Source: the human T2T-CHM13v2.0 reference genome, Homo sapiens. From it: DNA of 64,000 nt. Positions 58,999 to 64,000 of the stretch are shown here, piece by piece. The notes below the pieces were generated by a model. It saw only the letters and a program-made list of their open reading frames with translations. It ran no database searches and was not told where the DNA came from. The stretch is taken from the NCBI RefSeq assembly GCF_009914755.1, contig NC_060934.1; one strand, given 5' to 3'. A program made the translations under genes and the position numbers. How positions within the stretch are numbered: position 1 is the stretch's first letter; each line of letters opens with the position of its first letter.

Positions 58999-60159
58999 AG
59001 TTTTGCTTTCTTGTGTAAACTGGTTTGCACAAGATAAGCAAAACAAGGTATCATTGTTGTAACAATGGTAAGCTTAGCAATTAAGAAATACTTTACTAAA
59101 CTACACAACAGAACATGTCAGTTATTACTGCTCACAAATCTTGGGGGATTTAGGAATCACGTGGTCCACGCTTCAAAACAGACCATGAATCCCTTCTGAA
59201 CTGAGAATCTGGTCTCTGTGGACCACGGGACCATTTCCCAGAAAAACAATGGAACCGGCAATAAATTACCTGTTACAACAATGACCACACATGACTTGTA
59301 GGTCTCACTTTTGGCTTCTGTGGCCACCACTACTTAAGTGTGACAACTGTGCCGTCACTCTGCCTTTGCCTTACAAATATACGCTTTGGCTAACAACGAC
59401 TAATCCACTTGTTTCTTGCACATGAGGGGACCCTGCTGCCACTCTTAATTCTCAATAATCAACAGCTCTGTGACATCGCTTCAAGCTGTATATAATGCAC
59501 ATACACACATAAATTCATGACACAAATCCCTCAACATGACATTCTGCTCAATTTCACTGGACTCGGAAAGCTCCTTCACAAATTCTTGCCACATGATTAG
59601 AAAATCATTCAAGTCTGCAAGAAAAATGGCAAGCAAAAAGAACTGAGTCATTAGGAATGGGAAAGGAGCGTGGGTCCCTGTCATTAAAATCTTTAAAGCC
59701 ACAGCTCTACGAAGAAAACGGCCCATCATGCACACAAGATAGTCATATAAAAATAGGCATTCATCTATGCTAAGCAGATACGTCTACTGTGGGGCTCTAT
59801 GGATACCCAGCAGAATTTTTCTTTTGGGGAAGCCAGACTCAAAAATTTGAAAAATGCAGATGTAAAGGTATATCATGTATACAATTTTGCATCTTTTCCT
59901 CCATCAAGCAGGGACAGAAAGTGTATTAAACAGTTAAAACTTTCCCTTTCGAGGAGGAAATATAAATGAAAACAAAGAACTTGTTCTAACAATTTCAAGT
60001 TTTCAATGCTTTCAAGTAAGTTTTGCTCATGAAATGCTCACCAATGGTCTGGCAATTCAGGTCAGCATAGCATTTACTATCTCTGAATGGAACCACTTCC
60101 AGAGCAACAATGTCATTTTTTTTCTCTTTGGTTTATAAACATGATAAGAAAGAATCTTC

Positions 60160-60288
60160 AGGCCAGGCGCCACGGTTCATGCCTGTAATCCCAGCCCTTT
60201 GGGAGGCCAAGGCAGGACGATCGCTTGAGCCCAGGAGTTCAAGACCAACCTGGGTAACACGGCAAGACCTTGTCTCAAAAAAAAGAAA
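60160..60288 (+). mobile_element. FLAM-type Alu monomer
   Basis: Single left-arm monomer with A tail; TSD aagaatcttca. Confidence 0.85.
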
Positions 60289-60489
60289 AGAATCTTCAAA
60301 GTAGAGCTAACTACAAAAGGACAAAATACAGGATGACAATATTCTCATCTTAGTGTCACCAAAGTAAACTAAGGTTTCTGCAAATAATCATTCTTCATTA
60401 GTTTCTCCCAAGGAAACAGTAACAGACTCAGCAGTGCCATAGGATTACCTAAATGTCAGAAACTGTAACAAATGAGAAACATCACTTAC

Positions 60490-60540
60490 TTGTTAGCTTG
60501 TTATGGCTGAGGACCAGTTGTGTGATATGGGATAAGGTAA
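60490..60540 (-). CDS. RSU1: RSU1 coding exon 3 (51 nt, phase 1/1): (F)TLSHITQLVLSHNKLT(M)
   Basis: Minus-strand acceptor ctgactgacc-T-rich-tag| (AG at 60542-60541) and donor |gtaagt (60489-60484). Translation matches the first RSU1 LRR and joins the next exon in frame (A|TG = Met). Not in the ORF track because it is too short. Confidence 0.96.
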
Positions 60541-61202
60541 CTAAAAAGAAAAGAAAAAAAAAAAGGTCAGTCAGTAAATGTATCACTGTATCCGGATTCT
60601 ACCTGTACTCCTACAAAGCAAACGGCAAAGTTATTTTCACAGGTTGAAGCACTATCGCTCACCAAAATAGAAGCTAGGATTCATGTAACACGATCTATTC
60701 AATGTTAAACCAAAGGAAGAAAAGGCATGCAACTAACGGTGCAATTAGCTCAGCAAGTTAGAGCTAATCAGATTAATGTCACAGAATCCAACATGACGAG
60801 GGCCAGTTAGCTCTGCGTGGCGCCCCGACCTGCTTGCCCAGCCATTAGTGATCCATTTCAATTATCTGTGCCAGTCAGAAAGACCAGCCAAGGGGGCAGA
60901 GGTGCACAGGGGCCTTACCTTGTGCTAAAAAATTTTAATTATTATTATTTTTGAAGCCACTTCATCCAAACAGAAACTTTATCTAGCAGAAGGCCGCCAG
61001 TGTTATTGCTTCAGCTATGTTCCGTGCCCATCCAGAAATTCTCCTCCATGGTATCAGATGATCAGAGTTGAAACCCTTCACAATTTCTTCTAAACATATT
61101 TTGGTTGACATTTCAAAGCACTGATTTGAAATGCAGATTGCTCTCTGGCTTCAAACATTATCATGGTGGTTTAATCTGCTCAGTAAGATTAGGTTTGCTT
61201 AA

Positions 61203-61665
<463 letters not shown>

Positions 61666-61782
61666 CTCCAATATTATTTCTTTAAGAACATTCTGTTAAT
61701 GCAGTAGAGGTTTTTCCTTAAACGGATAAGATAAAAATTTTTCTCAGGAAGGGTCTCGATGTTGGGGCTCAGCACGCTTTGA

Positions 61783-62109
<327 letters not shown>

Positions 62110-62543
62110 GCATGTTTTTTTTTTTGTTTTGTTTTTTGTTTTTTCAAACCATTGCAAACTTATAGAGAAGTTCAAAATGCAATACAAAAACCTGTTTTCC
62201 CAGCTTGAACCACTGAGATTAAGCTGCTGGCCTGATGCCCCATAAAGTCTATGGTATATCTCCTACAAGCAAAAATGGACATAACCACAATACAACCATT
62301 AAAACAGTTAACCCAGTACATGAGGACCATCTAATCCTAGCCCCCATTCAAGTTTCTCCAAATGTCCCAATCATTTATTTTAGGGAAGAAATAGGATCTG
62401 GTTGAGAATTCACGCTGCAGGTAGCTGTCAGGTCTTTGTCGTCTCCTCTAAGCTGAGAATTTCTCTTTCCTTGACTTTCGTGACCTTGGCAATTGTGAAG
62501 ATTGCAGGGGCAATTGTTTTGTATTATGTCCCTCTATGTACAA

Positions 62544-62773
62544 TTTTTTTTTTTTTTAACATGACCTTGCTCTGTTGCCCAGGCTGGGGTGCAGTAGTGC
62601 AATTACAGCTCATTGCAGCCTCAGCATCCCAGGCTCAAGCAATCCCCCCACCTCAGACTCCCAAGCAACTGAGACCACAGGCTCACAGCACCATTCTTGC
62701 TTGATTTAAATGTTTTTTTGTTTTATTTTGTTTTGTTTTTAGAAATGGGTTCTCATTCTGTTGCCCAGGCTGG
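62544..62773 (-). mobile_element. AluJ (partial)
   Basis: Diverged Alu within an L1MC-like remnant. Confidence 0.8.
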
Positions 62774-62808
62774 AGATTTGTCATTTGTTGATTCTTGATT
62801 CATTCATC

Positions 62809-63458
62809 GGTATTAGTCCATTCTGGCATTGCTATAAAGAAACACCTGAGACTGAGTAATTTATAAGAAAAGAAGTTTATATGGCTTATGGTTCTGCAGG
62901 CTGTACAGGAAGCACAGAAGCATCTGATTCTGGGGAGACCTCAGGGAACTTATGGTGGAAGGCAAAGCTGGAGCAGGCATCTTCACATGGGGTATTAGCC
63001 TGTTCTCACGCTGCTAGTAAAGACATACCCGAAACTGAGACTGCATAATTTATAAAGGAAAGAGGTTTAATGGACTCACAGTTCCATATGGCTGGGAAGC
63101 CTCACAATCATGGCAGAAGGCAAAGAGGAAGCAAAGGCACATCTTACATGGCAGCAAGTAAGAGAGCGTATGCAGGGGAACTCCCCTTCATAAAACCATT
63201 CGATCTCGTGAGACTTATTCACTATAACAAGAACAGCATGGGAAAGCCCCACCCCCATGATACAGTTACCTACCAGGTCCGTCCCACGACATGTAGGAAT
63301 TATGGGAGCTATAATTCAAGATGAGATTTGGATGGGGACACAGCCAAACCATATCACATGGCCAGGGCAGGAGGAAGTGGGGCTTTGGGAGGAGGTACCA
63401 CACACTCTTAAACAACTAGATCTCATGAGAACTCTATCACTATACAGTACAAAGGTGG
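62809..63458 (-). mobile_element. MST LTR (host) split by a THE1 insertion and cut off by an MLT2A
   Basis: gtattagtccattctggcattgctataaagaaac… resumes after the THE1 at 63357. Confidence 0.82.
62991..63356 (-). mobile_element. THE1 (C/D-like) solo LTR
   Basis: THE1 consensus; 5-bp TSD CATGG at 62986-62990 and 63357-63361. Confidence 0.9.
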
Positions 63459-64000
63459 TGTGATGGTTAATACTGAGTGTCAACTTGATTGGATTGAAAG
63501 ATGCTAAGTATTGATCCTAGGTGTTCCTGTGAGGGTGTTGCCAAAGGAGATTAACATTTGAGTCAGTGGGCTGGGAAAGGCAGACCCACCCTTAATTTTG
63601 GGTGGGCACCATCTAATCAGCTGCCAGCATGGCCAGGATATAAAGCAGGTAGAAAAAGGCTAAACTGGCTTAGTCTCCCAGCCTACATCTTTCTCCTGTG
63701 CTGGATGCTCGCTGCCCTCGAATGTTGGACTCCAAGTTCTTCACCTTTGGAACTTGGACTGGCTTTCATTGCTCCTCAGCTTGCAGATGGCCTATTGCAG
63801 GACCTTGTGGTAGTGTGAGTTAATACTACTTAATAAACTCATTCACTCTCTCTCTATCTTTCTATATATATATACATATATACATATATATATATACACA
63901 TATATACATATATACATATATATATACACATATATACATATATACATATATATATACACATATATACATATATATATATATAATATTAGTTCTTTCCCTC
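63459..64000 (+). mobile_element. MLT2A1/A2 (ERVL) LTR, 3' end runs off the window
   Basis: Starts tgtgatggttaatactgagtgtcaacttgattggattga; AATAAA near 63832; internal TA/CA tract. Confidence 0.9.
63863..63982. repeat. (TA/CA) repeat with a 30-bp higher-order unit, inside the MLT2A LTR
   Basis: tatatacatatatacatatatatatacaca occurs at 63901-63930 and 63931-63960, with a near copy at 63871-63900. Confidence 0.92.

Overview
This is human (primate) genomic DNA from inside the RSU1 gene (Ras suppressor protein 1), which is transcribed on the minus strand. The window holds five internal coding exons, numbered 3-7 from recall of the gene structure: 60490-60540, 42846-42966, 33327-33445, 31374-31456 and 30995-31109. 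All have GT-AG splice sites, and together they encode exactly the seven leucine-rich repeats (LRRs) of RSU1. The rest is intron, rich in Alu, L1, L2, MIR, MaLR/ERVL LTRs, Tigger/hAT DNA transposons and simple repeats. The strongest observations: (1) the five exons total 489 nt, start and end in phase 1, and have no in-frame stop, so a back-spliced exon 3-7 circle would carry an endless ORF of 7 LRRs joined in perfect register, with a strong-Kozak AUG; (2) three tandem pyrimidine-tract-AG|GTRAG motifs lie deep in the long intron 7, a recursive-splice/RS-exon architecture; (3) several insertion and duplication scars, including one L1-endonuclease site used three times, a nested LTR stack with a DUX4-type MLT2A, a templated 140-bp insertion and a 224-bp tandem duplication. 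Repeat subfamily names and boundaries come from visual recognition of consensus sequences and are approximate. No prokaryotic features, tRNA/rRNA genes or CRISPR arrays were seen.
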